From an uncultured virus (IMG/VR IMGVR_UViG_3300035162_003276) (Duplodnaviria; Heunggongvirae; Uroviricota; Caudoviricetes): a DNA stretch of 20,000 bases. The position numbers and the translations under genes were made by a program. This document shows, piece by piece, positions 1 to 7,872 of the stretch. The notes under the pieces are model-generated. The model was given only the letters and a program-made list of their open reading frames with translations. It ran no database searches and was not told the origin of the DNA. The DNA is taken from IMG/VR virus record IMGVR_UViG_3300035162_003276. One strand, written 5' to 3'. Every line of letters begins with the position of its first letter. The first letter of the stretch is position 1.

Positions 1-2
1 TC

Positions 3-1250
3 GAAGATCCAAGGGTTGTTGGTAACCTAAGAATTCAAGATCGAACACTCACAAATTCACTTTCAATTCAGAACGGTGGATTGAACGCAGAACTGGAAGG
101 TAGTACCAATACAGTTGGTGGTGGTCAACCAGTCGGTAACCTCCAACCATATATGGCACTGCACTGGATTATTCGACTAACTGCATATCAAAAAGCAGCA
201 CTCGTTGACTTAGACATCTCAACAGTTACGACTTTCAGTTCTCCAGTCTCGTTCAACGGTGGACTGACTGGAACAGCAATTGATATCAGTGGAAAGTCTG
301 GATTCTCTGGTGGTGTTACATTCGGTGCAGAAGGTGTTGACATTATAGGAAGACTTGATGTCGCAGGTGGCATCACCAGTTCGACACTAAACGTCACTGG
401 ATATGCTGAGTTTGATTCTGGTGTAACACTAGACGGAAGACTTGATGTCATCGGAGCGTCAACCTTTACAGGTGAAATGTCGGGCGTCGATCTTACAATG
501 TCCGGAGTATCCACTCTTGCTGGACTGACATCATCATCTCTCGATGTAACAGGTGTCGCAGACTTCGCTGGTGGTGTGACTGCAAGTTCTCTCGATGTAA
601 CAGGTGTCGCAGACTTCGCTGGTGGCGTAACTGCGAGTTCCTTGGATGTAATCGGTAGAGTTGACTTTGCGGTTGGTGTTACGATAGACGGCAGACTGGA
701 CCTCGCAGGAGTCGGTGACTTTGCTGGTGGAATCACAGCATCAGTTGCAGATGTCACAGGACCACTCAGAGCAAACGCAGGACTCACAGCATCTGCACTC
801 GATGTCACTGGAGTGTCAGACTTTGCAGGTGGCGTGACAGCAGACACACTAGATGTCTCGGGTATCTCAAGACTCACCGCCTTAACAATGAAGGGCACGG
901 GTGTTTCGATCCTCAAGGGGACAACAGCAGAAACACTCGATGTCAGTGGAGTGTCAGACTTTGCAGGTGGCGTGACAGCAGACACACTAGATGTCTCGGG
1001 TATCTCAAGACTCACCGCCTTAACAATGAAGGGCACGGGTGTTTCGATCCTCAAGGGGACAACAGCAGAAACACTCGATGTCAGTGGCGAAGCAAGATTC
1101 GCTGCTAACCCACTCATCTCAACTTCTGATGCACCGGCGGCCGCAGGGTCATCGGGTAAGGTTGGTGAAATAGCATGGGATAGTACACATCTTTACATCT
1201 GTGTCGCGGCTAACACATGGAAACGAGTAGAAATTTCAACTTGGAGTTGA
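3..1250 (+). CDS. Putative tail fibre protein (5'-truncated): collar-type motif, repeat shaft, C-terminal GEIAWD..LYICVA.NTWKR module
   Basis: The frame is open from base 3 (EDPRVVGNLRIQ...) through the TTG at 81, so the true start lies upstream of the window. Contains GGGQPVGNLQPYMALHWIIR (resembles the motif that closes tail-collar proteins), many LDV[TS]G..DFAGGVTA repeats, and a terminal motif common in phage fibre proteins. Lies upstream of gp13. Confidence 0.75.
   Translation, partial: EDPRVVGNLRIQDRTLTNSLSIQNGGLNAELEGSTNTVGGGQPVGNLQPYMALHWIIRLTAYQKAALVDLDISTVTTFSSPVSFNGGLTGTAIDISGKSGFSGGVTFGAEGVDIIGRLDVAGGITSSTLNVTGYAEFDSGVTLDGRLDVIGASTFTGEMSGVDLTMSGVSTLAGLTSSSLDVTGVADFAGGVTASSLDVTGVADFAGGVTASSLDVIGRVDFAVGVTIDGRLDLAGVGDFAGGITASVADVTGPLRANAGLTASALDVTGVSDFAGGVTADTLDVSGISRLTALTMKGTGVSILKGTTAETLDVSGVSDFAGGVTADTLDVSGISRLTALTMKGTGVSILKGTTAETLDVSGEARFAANPLISTSDAPAAAGSSGKVGEIAWDSTHLYICVAANTWKRVEISTWS
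537..640 (+). repeat. 51-bp (17-aa) tandem repeat, SLDVTGVADFAGGVTAS
   Basis: 537-574 is identical to 588-625 (38 nt, period 51). More degenerate 17-aa units flank it from about 340 to 850. Confidence 0.95.
809..1087 (+). repeat. Perfect 138-bp (46-aa) in-frame tandem duplication
   Basis: 809-949 is identical to 947-1087 (period 138). The match extends back to 796 with one mismatch (808 C vs 946 G). Confidence 0.97.
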
Positions 1251-1253
1251 TGA

Positions 1254-2354
1254 ATGGCAAGTAGCGCAATCGGACTCAATGGACCCATAGGTGTCCAAGA
1301 GGGTAGAAATAAAATAATAAACGGAGAGTTTGCTCTTTGGCAAAGAGGAAATTCCAAATCGTTTTCGGCGACTGGTGGAACCACTTTCGATTACACTTCG
1401 GATAGATGGTTTTACTATAGTGCTACTGCTGCTGGTACAACATCAGCGGCGGTCGAGATACGCAAAGAATCCTTTGAGTTTGGGACTGAACCCGATTCAG
1501 TTCCTTCACCAGAGAATTATCTGAAACTCATACTTGGAACTACTGGTGAGGGATTAACCACAGACCAGCAGTCTCAGGCGTATCTAGAACAGAGAATAGA
1601 AAATGTAAATTCATTCGAAGGTCAGAGTGCAACGATTTCATTCTGGGCGAAAAGTAGCGAAACATCTAGAGTAGTTCAAATTTCTGCTCACCAGTTCTTT
1701 GGTACTGGTGTTACTGCAAGTCACGTTGCGGGATTGACCTTTGGTGTTACGCCAACATGGACCAAGTACTCTGGTAGAATTACAATTCCATCGGTTGCAG
1801 GTAAAGTTCTGGGCGAGAGTGCAACCAGCAACCACCTAGCACTTAGATTCAACTTACAGTCCGGTTCCTCGGCAGGTTACATGTACGATACAATAAACTG
1901 GCCTGCTGGAGCAACAGAAGACTTCGCACTCACACAAGTTCAACTTGAAGAGAATTCACTTCCAACAAACTTCGAAAAACTAGATGAAGAGAGTGAAATT
2001 CAAAGAGCGGGCAGATTTTTCGAAATTGTTCCTGTCCATCCGATAGCATACGGAACAGCAAACAACACAGCGTCAACGCATAGACTCATCAAGAAGAGAA
2101 CAAGCGACTATGAAGTTAAGTTCTCCGAAGCTGGAGATTTCATTGCAAGAAATGAAAACCGTGGACTTGATGCTATAGACAAGAGGGATGATTCTGTCAC
2201 TGCATATGTCACTGACCACAATGGTGCAAATGGAAATGTTGTTCCTAAATTTACATTAGATTTCGGATCAGGTGCTGGTAGTAATGATTTGGATGGATAC
2301 ATAAGATTAGCGGTTGATGATGAAATTCACATAGGTTCAACAGGCGGAAACTGA
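1254..2354 (+). CDS. Virion fibre-associated protein with a galactose-binding/CBM-like jelly-roll domain
   Basis: NKIINGEFALWQRG, LEQRIE....EGQSATISFWAKS, TPTWTKYS and QVQLEE...PTNFE......EIQRAGRFFE match a motif set typical of phage tail-fibre carbohydrate-binding-like domains. GGAG at 1243-1246 is a possible RBS. Confidence 0.65.
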   Translation: MASSAIGLNGPIGVQEGRNKIINGEFALWQRGNSKSFSATGGTTFDYTSDRWFYYSATAAGTTSAAVEIRKESFEFGTEPDSVPSPENYLKLILGTTGEGLTTDQQSQAYLEQRIENVNSFEGQSATISFWAKSSETSRVVQISAHQFFGTGVTASHVAGLTFGVTPTWTKYSGRITIPSVAGKVLGESATSNHLALRFNLQSGSSAGYMYDTINWPAGATEDFALTQVQLEENSLPTNFEKLDEESEIQRAGRFFEIVPVHPIAYGTANNTASTHRLIKKRTSDYEVKFSEAGDFIARNENRGLDAIDKRDDSVTAYVTDHNGANGNVVPKFTLDFGSGAGSNDLDGYIRLAVDDEIHIGSTGGN

Positions 2355-2356
2355 AC

Positions 2357-3967
2357 ATGCCACAGAGTGCAATTAAAATACCACAAGGTGAAACTGGAAT
2401 CCTTACAATCAAGGAACCAGTTAGAATTTACTGTAGAACATCTGGCAGTGATACTGAAGGGGACGGCAGCATTGCAAACCCATTCTTTAGTATACACAGA
2501 GCGTTTAGATTCCTTGAAGATTATGTTTTTGTTGAAAATGGTCGAGCAACAATTGATGTTGGTCCGGGTCGGTTTGATTTTTCTTCAACCTGTATAATAA
2601 GTGACCAGTCTGGTAAGATTGGAATCGCGGGTGCATGTGAAACTTATAGAACTTTACGACAGGTAACGGCATACAACTATTCTGATGGAAGTGACGGGAT
2701 CACTGCAAACTCTGTAGAAAATTACATGACAATGGTTCTCGTTGATCCGACAGATCCAACTTCAGAAAATGTTGAAGGTATTGATGTTGGAGACCACCTT
2801 TTAATTGAAAACGCAACTTATCAAAAGGCAGTTCCTTACTTCACCATCCAAGAATCCAGTTACGGAATGACTGGTGGTGATGCAGATAAATCAATAAACG
2901 CTCTTGGTTGTTACGAAGTTCACGCGGTCGATACCGCTGCGAATACTGTAACTGTAAAACACCCAACCAAAAACTTCCCGATAAAATGTCACGCAGACGA
3001 CGTGGGGGCCGCTCTTGGTTCCGGCGAAGAGGTTCTCTTCGGTAGTGGAACAAATACAATTTCAATTGGACAAAATGACCCCATTCTATTGGGTGGTCCG
3101 GGATTTGAATTAGTTGGCGAACAAGCGGCATTTGATGATTTCAATCCTGTTGGGTTTTACGGAACAGATACAATTTCTGGATCTGGTGAAAACCCTGTTC
3201 TTATTCAGGATGAAATTAGAGTCAAAGTAATCAAAAGTGTTCTGAAGTGGAGAAACAGACTTCCGGCGACGAACGGCATTGTGATGAATGAAAATGCTTC
3301 AATTGATGGAATTGAAAATATAATTCTTTCGGGTGGATCATGCACAAAGTCTTTCCATGAAATCAATCCTGTCCATGCTGCCACTGCACTGAAACTAAAA
3401 GGCAATAACAGTATTAGAAAAAATGCAGTTCGAGTACACAACATAGGATTTTCGGGGTGGGGGACAGCACTACTCGTTAAAAATAGTTCCAACTTCATTG
3501 GACAAAACCTAATCATTACAAACTGCGGATATGGTGTTGTGTCTGATAGAGGATCAAATGTAGACTGCGATCAGCTCACAATCCTCGGAGCAGACATCGA
3601 AGCAATTAGAGCCAAAAACAATTCGGTTTTCACTGCGAACGGTGCCATCATTGGGATTGGTGGATTTAATGTTGAAGTATTCCCTGTGCTGGCTGCTACA
3701 AACGTAGAAGCGGTAAGCAGTTTCTGGACTAAAGAAAACGGAAAACCTGTTCGAATTATACACAACCCATCATATAGATACTTACCAGACAGCAACAATG
3801 CTGTCGATGAGGGTTTACTGGAAACTAACCGGGAGGGTCTGCGTTTATATGGAATGTATACTACAACCAATGGTGGACAGTATCCAGTAGACGGTGCCAT
3901 AGTAGGATCCGATGGATTGACATATGGTGTTGGTGAATCACTCAATTGCCCTGCAAGTAGGATTTAA
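2357..3967 (+). CDS. Tailspike-like right-handed beta-helix (pectin-lyase-like) protein, N-terminal part
   Basis: IYCRTSGSDTEGDGSIANPFFSIHRA...IDVGPGRF is the typical beta-helix N-cap motif. Later rungs TALLVKNSSNF, YGVVSDRGSNV and EAIRAKNNSVF are spaced about 21-22 aa apart. Confidence 0.65.
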   Translation: MPQSAIKIPQGETGILTIKEPVRIYCRTSGSDTEGDGSIANPFFSIHRAFRFLEDYVFVENGRATIDVGPGRFDFSSTCIISDQSGKIGIAGACETYRTLRQVTAYNYSDGSDGITANSVENYMTMVLVDPTDPTSENVEGIDVGDHLLIENATYQKAVPYFTIQESSYGMTGGDADKSINALGCYEVHAVDTAANTVTVKHPTKNFPIKCHADDVGAALGSGEEVLFGSGTNTISIGQNDPILLGGPGFELVGEQAAFDDFNPVGFYGTDTISGSGENPVLIQDEIRVKVIKSVLKWRNRLPATNGIVMNENASIDGIENIILSGGSCTKSFHEINPVHAATALKLKGNNSIRKNAVRVHNIGFSGWGTALLVKNSSNFIGQNLIITNCGYGVVSDRGSNVDCDQLTILGADIEAIRAKNNSVFTANGAIIGIGGFNVEVFPVLAATNVEAVSSFWTKENGKPVRIIHNPSYRYLPDSNNAVDEGLLETNREGLRLYGMYTTTNGGQYPVDGAIVGSDGLTYGVGESLNCPASRI

Positions 3968-3981
3968 AGGAGAATTAGACA

Positions 3982-4881
3982 ATGCCAAATGGTATGCTTC
4001 CATGTGGGGGCCCCGGCGCACCTGAATGCGACGAACCAGATGTCCCAATTGATGTAGATCCGCCAGTCGATGACGGATCCGGGGACATCGGTGATCCCGG
4101 AACTCAACCACCCGGTGAAGGTGGTGGAGATGTTAACCCGCCAGGTGAGGGTGAAGATCCCCCAACAGAAGAAGACCCCGATCCCGAACCCCCCGGCGAG
4201 GGTGGTGGCGGTGGTGGCGGTGACGACGGTGGCGGTCCTGTAGATGAAGAAGGACTTTCTTGCGGTGTTGAACCTCCACTCACCGGAGTAGTAGTTTCAA
4301 CAGAACCAACACAGGTTGCTTTAGGTGAACCATTTACAAAGAGATTTGGAACCGGCATAAAAGCCACGGATAGTTCTACAATTACAATCAACGCACCCGT
4401 TGTAGTGGGGATGAACAAACGAGGCATTGAGTCTAGAAGAGAGTCGATCGTTAAGGTAAACGGTGGCATTTGTCGTGGTGGAGAGTATGGTATAATAGCA
4501 TCAATTTCATCAACTGCATATGCGGCTAGATTCCTGAACGAACGAAACGGCGGTGTTCACGCTGAACACTCAGGTACTATCATTTTCGGCCGAGACTCAT
4601 TGGCAAAGAATGTAAGACAGATGACCTGTGCAGATGCTTCCTTCTTGTACTTGATCGGAACAACTTCACAAACTACAAAATTCACAAGCGACGACACCAA
4701 AGCATATAAACTCCTTTCTTTGCGACACATGAGACTAGAAGGTGCGTCCCATGCGGAAACGAATTCAACAGGAACTACTGCAACCATATTCCGAGGTGAC
4801 TTTGAAGCAAACGAAGGAAGCGCAAACTACACAGTAGATGAAAGTTCATCATTCGAATCCGAACCAATTGTCACAGATTAA
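3982..4881 (+). CDS. Pro/Gly/Asp-rich N-terminus followed by beta-helix rungs; putative C-terminal partner of the preceding tailspike-like protein
   Basis: Strong RBS AAGGAGA at 3967-3973. About 100 aa of low-complexity sequence with three PPGEG copies, then rungs TGIKATDSSTI, RGIESRRESIV, YGIIASISSTA and GGVHAEHSGTI. Confidence 0.6.
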   Translation: MPNGMLPCGGPGAPECDEPDVPIDVDPPVDDGSGDIGDPGTQPPGEGGGDVNPPGEGEDPPTEEDPDPEPPGEGGGGGGGDDGGGPVDEEGLSCGVEPPLTGVVVSTEPTQVALGEPFTKRFGTGIKATDSSTITINAPVVVGMNKRGIESRRESIVKVNGGICRGGEYGIIASISSTAYAARFLNERNGGVHAEHSGTIIFGRDSLAKNVRQMTCADASFLYLIGTTSQTTKFTSDDTKAYKLLSLRHMRLEGASHAETNSTGTTATIFRGDFEANEGSANYTVDESSSFESEPIVTD

Positions 4882-4894
4882 TCCAGAGTAACCC

Positions 4895-6793
4895 ATGCCA
4901 AAGAATACCAAGAAAAAATATATTTTTGATAAAGTCGGAGAGATAATTGACCACGTTGATGCTGGAGAACTTCTATCTCTTGGCACGGGCGATACCGCTT
5001 TGGTTATCGGCAAGACAGACTACACAAAAGCACAAGGTAAATTCGCAAGACCCGCCTCGCCAGATGCCGATGATTCTACTCGTATTGGTATATCAGACAG
5101 AATCGCTGATATGTCAGTTGATACGAGAAGTGAAAGAAGAGAAGCATCGAATGAGGGATCCACTGGTGACGATGGTCACAATTACCCATTAGTCCGTGGT
5201 TGTGGAAACTATGCGTATAACGAGATTGTAAGACAAGATAAAATGAGGGTGATTACACTACCATTTGACGGTAGTGTAAATCAATACCCGAAGCACTTTA
5301 ATACCTCACCATTTGGTGGAACTGGTTCCAAAAACGCATCAGCCGTGTTTGGAACTGGATATAACGATAGTCTCGGTGGACGATTGCTACTCGGACACAA
5401 ATCTCTCACAGCAGATTTCCACATGGCAACGTGGATGTATTTTACAACGACACCGAGCTCAGATCAGACTATCGTAGGCAAACTAGATTCTGTCTCTGGG
5501 TTTACTGGGCCCGAGTCTGGTGCCTCTGGACCAACAGGAGGAGTCTCAGGTGGATCTGGTGATGTCTTTAGACTATGGACCGACTCTGGTACAAACAACC
5601 TCTTCTTCAGTTTCAGTGAAGACGGTGAATCAGGGACTGGTCTGAATAAAACACTAACAGTCGGAACTGTTGGTGGGTCAATTCCAATCCGCCAGTGGAA
5701 TCACATTGCTGTCAGTTATGACTGCAAGAGAAAGTTTGCTGAAGTTTATGTTGATGGATCAAGAACTGCATCTCTGGCAATCACGGGCGAAGGTTTGAAA
5801 ACAAGTGCATACCCAATCTACATTGGTGCCAATCGAGACGGAACTGATGGGTTCAAGGGATACATGAAAGACTTCATTCTTAAGAGTGGAAGCTCTGGTG
5901 ACGTATCGCCAATCGCGGGCAGGACAGGTGCTTCTCTTTCTGGTGCAACACAAGAACAAGCGTTCCTGCACGGAGAAACATTACCACACCACACACTGTA
6001 CTATATGTCAATGGATGGTAAACTCGGTTGCCGGAACTTTGCCGTCGAAACCGAATCGTTTGGCAAAGGCATAGTGACATTCTGGGATCCAGATTATCAC
6101 AGACTGGGCATCCGAGCTATCGAAACATTCGGTGACTTTGAGACATTTAGAAATAATCAAGGGTTTATCCACGGACTATCTTCGGGTGCTTTACACTTAA
6201 CGTCAGCAACTAACAACAGTGGATTTACACAAAGCACAATAACAGAAGCAATCTCTACAACCAAGGGTAGAATTGATGGTGAATTCGCAGTCCAAACAGA
6301 AAGTCTTTTCCGTTTAACTGGCAACACACTAGCAGCAGGCCACTTCGTCAACTTGTTTGGTGCTGATGGTCCTTCAGGTGGTACGGGCGGTGGTGGTACT
6401 TCTGGAACTGGAATCATTGGAACGGGTGATGCTGGACAAACAGGAAACGCTGGACAACAATTTAGCATGTTTGCCACAACCCAAAACTTTGATTATGTTA
6501 CTGGTATTGCAAACATTATTTTGGGTAAGAGTGGTGGTGCATCTGGCGAAACCAACGCGATCGCTGACGCTGATGACAAAGTGTTTCACTTGTTCGACAG
6601 AGAGGTTCTTGGATTATACGAGGATCTATCGAGTTTCTTCTCTCACGCCAGAGAAGTAAGAGACACAAAGAAGAGTCTCACGAATGCGATAACAGATGTC
6701 CGTAAGATTGGAACTCAAATTGATGGCATCAAGTTTGATGTCAAGACACCAGAATCTCCTAAGTACAACTTCTTCACCGCACAATCGAGTTAA
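4895..6793 (+). CDS. LamG / concanavalin-A-like lectin domain virion protein
   Basis: DFHMATWMYF...QTIVGK...FRLW...QWNHIAVSYD...EVYVDGS...PIYIGA......FKGYMKDFIL (about 5411-5885) follows the Laminin_G_3 pattern. Gly/Ser/Thr-rich inserts and a helical-looking C-terminus. Confidence 0.75.
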   Translation: MPKNTKKKYIFDKVGEIIDHVDAGELLSLGTGDTALVIGKTDYTKAQGKFARPASPDADDSTRIGISDRIADMSVDTRSERREASNEGSTGDDGHNYPLVRGCGNYAYNEIVRQDKMRVITLPFDGSVNQYPKHFNTSPFGGTGSKNASAVFGTGYNDSLGGRLLLGHKSLTADFHMATWMYFTTTPSSDQTIVGKLDSVSGFTGPESGASGPTGGVSGGSGDVFRLWTDSGTNNLFFSFSEDGESGTGLNKTLTVGTVGGSIPIRQWNHIAVSYDCKRKFAEVYVDGSRTASLAITGEGLKTSAYPIYIGANRDGTDGFKGYMKDFILKSGSSGDVSPIAGRTGASLSGATQEQAFLHGETLPHHTLYYMSMDGKLGCRNFAVETESFGKGIVTFWDPDYHRLGIRAIETFGDFETFRNNQGFIHGLSSGALHLTSATNNSGFTQSTITEAISTTKGRIDGEFAVQTESLFRLTGNTLAAGHFVNLFGADGPSGGTGGGGTSGTGIIGTGDAGQTGNAGQQFSMFATTQNFDYVTGIANIILGKSGGASGETNAIADADDKVFHLFDREVLGLYEDLSSFFSHAREVRDTKKSLTNAITDVRKIGTQIDGIKFDVKTPESPKYNFFTAQSS

Positions 6794-6798
6794 TCATA

Positions 6799-7089
6799 AT
6801 GAAATTAATAATTGATATTGATTCAAACACTGCGATTGTTGACGATGAAATTTTATGTTTGCCCACAATAAACTTCTTTGAGTCATCTGCTATACCATCT
6901 GGTGAATTTAAAAGACGAGTATATTTTTCTGGCAAGAAACATTACCTGAAGTCAGACAAGTCCACTAAAGTGTTGGATCCAAACAATGAAAAGTTTGATG
7001 CTCTTTTTGGAAAGATAAAAGAACTTCGAGCAGTGAACAAGAAGATAAAGAGTGGCCAAATTAAACTGCCAGTTAAATTCGAGGGGTAA
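6799..7089 (+). CDS. Hypothetical protein, 96 aa, Lys-rich C-terminal half
   Basis: Fills the gap between the LamG gene and gp13 on the coding strand. ATG is 5 nt after the upstream stop. No recognisable motif. Confidence 0.6.
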   Translation: MKLIIDIDSNTAIVDDEILCLPTINFFESSAIPSGEFKRRVYFSGKKHYLKSDKSTKVLDPNNEKFDALFGKIKELRAVNKKIKSGQIKLPVKFEG

Positions 7090-7094
7090 CTGTG

Positions 7095-7102
7095 CATACA
7101 TA
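7095..7102 (+). promoter_or_regulatory. Candidate T4-type late promoter variant (CATACATA) upstream of gp13
   Basis: Intergenic, 16 nt before the ATG and just before the SD AAGGAGGT (7105-7112). Resembles the T4 late consensus TATAAATA. Confidence 0.55.
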
Positions 7103-7118
7103 TCAAGGAGGTATGTAA

Positions 7119-7871
7119 ATGGCCACACCAGCAAGCAGACAACAACTTAAAGACTACTCACTTAGAAGACTAGGACAACCTGTCATCGAAGTGAATGTTG
7201 ATGATGAGCAAGTAGAAGATCGTATGGACGATGCTCTACAGTTCTTCGCGGAATACCACTTCGATGGTGTTGAGAAAGAATACTTTCAGTATGCAATTAC
7301 AGCGGATGATATCACGAACAAATACATCAACACTGATGGAATTGATCCGTCTCTAATCAGCATTACTAAAATTTTTGATACTTCAACTAGCAGCACAAAC
7401 ATTTTCGATGTTCGGTATCAAATTGCCCTCAATGATTTTTACGGACTGAGAACCGGACTAGGTAACATTTCATATTACGATATGACCCAGAGACATCTTT
7501 CTCTGATCCAGCAGATTTTGGATCCAGAAAAAGCACTGCGGTTTAGTCGCGTCACGAATAAACTTAAAATTGATACGGACTGGGACGAAACCTTTACCGC
7601 AGGTGATGTTTTAGTTTTCGAAGGATATACAATCCTAAACCCAAACGAGTATCCAGAAATTTATAATGATAGATTACTGAAACGATATGTTACAGCATTA
7701 ATCAAGCGACAGTGGGGCGAGAACCTTTCTAAATTCCAGAACATTCAATTGCCCGGTGGTCTACAGTACAACGGTGCAGAAATCTACGGACAGGCCACCG
7801 AAGAGATCCGGCAGATCGAAGAAGAGGTTCAACTCAAGTACGAACTCCCACCCGACTTTATGGTAGGATAA
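7119..7871 (+). CDS. gp13: Neck protein (head completion), T4 gp13-like
   Basis: MATPASRQQLKDYSLRRLGQPVIEVNVDDEQVEDR.DDALQFF.EYHFDG and LKRYVTALIKRQWGENLSKFQNIQLPGG are hallmark gp13 segments; synteny. Confidence 0.95.
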   Translation: MATPASRQQLKDYSLRRLGQPVIEVNVDDEQVEDRMDDALQFFAEYHFDGVEKEYFQYAITADDITNKYINTDGIDPSLISITKIFDTSTSSTNIFDVRYQIALNDFYGLRTGLGNISYYDMTQRHLSLIQQILDPEKALRFSRVTNKLKIDTDWDETFTAGDVLVFEGYTILNPNEYPEIYNDRLLKRYVTALIKRQWGENLSKFQNIQLPGGLQYNGAEIYGQATEEIRQIEEEVQLKYELPPDFMVG

Positions 7872-7872
7872 A

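Noticed and set aside
537..1087. Repeats as a CRISPR array or DGR template/variable repeats
   Set aside because: They are in-frame coding tandem repeats with no spacers and no adenine-specific mismatch pattern, and no reverse transcriptase or cas gene is in the window.
188..1117. 309-aa minus-strand ORF with repeats
   Set aside because: Antisense shadow of the repetitive fibre gene. It mirrors the same repeats and all credible genes here are on the + strand.
1248..1256. ORF1 and ORF2 are in the same frame, joined by TGA-TGA-ATG (readthrough or TGA recoding?)
   Set aside because: There are two consecutive stops, ORF2 has its own GGAG, ORF1 ends in a typical terminal motif, and TGA correctly ends gp18 and gp23 at their expected C-termini.
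3958..3984. TTTAAAG slippery-like heptamer at the ORF 2357/3982 junction (-1 frameshift fusion?)
   Set aside because: The heptamer is out of phase for ORF 2357, and the -1 frame has a TAG at 3976-3978 before the ATG at 3982.
7113..7121. ATG-TAA-ATG start-stop element before gp13
   Set aside because: The first ATG abuts the SD with no spacer, so initiation there is unlikely. Spacing suits ATG 7119.
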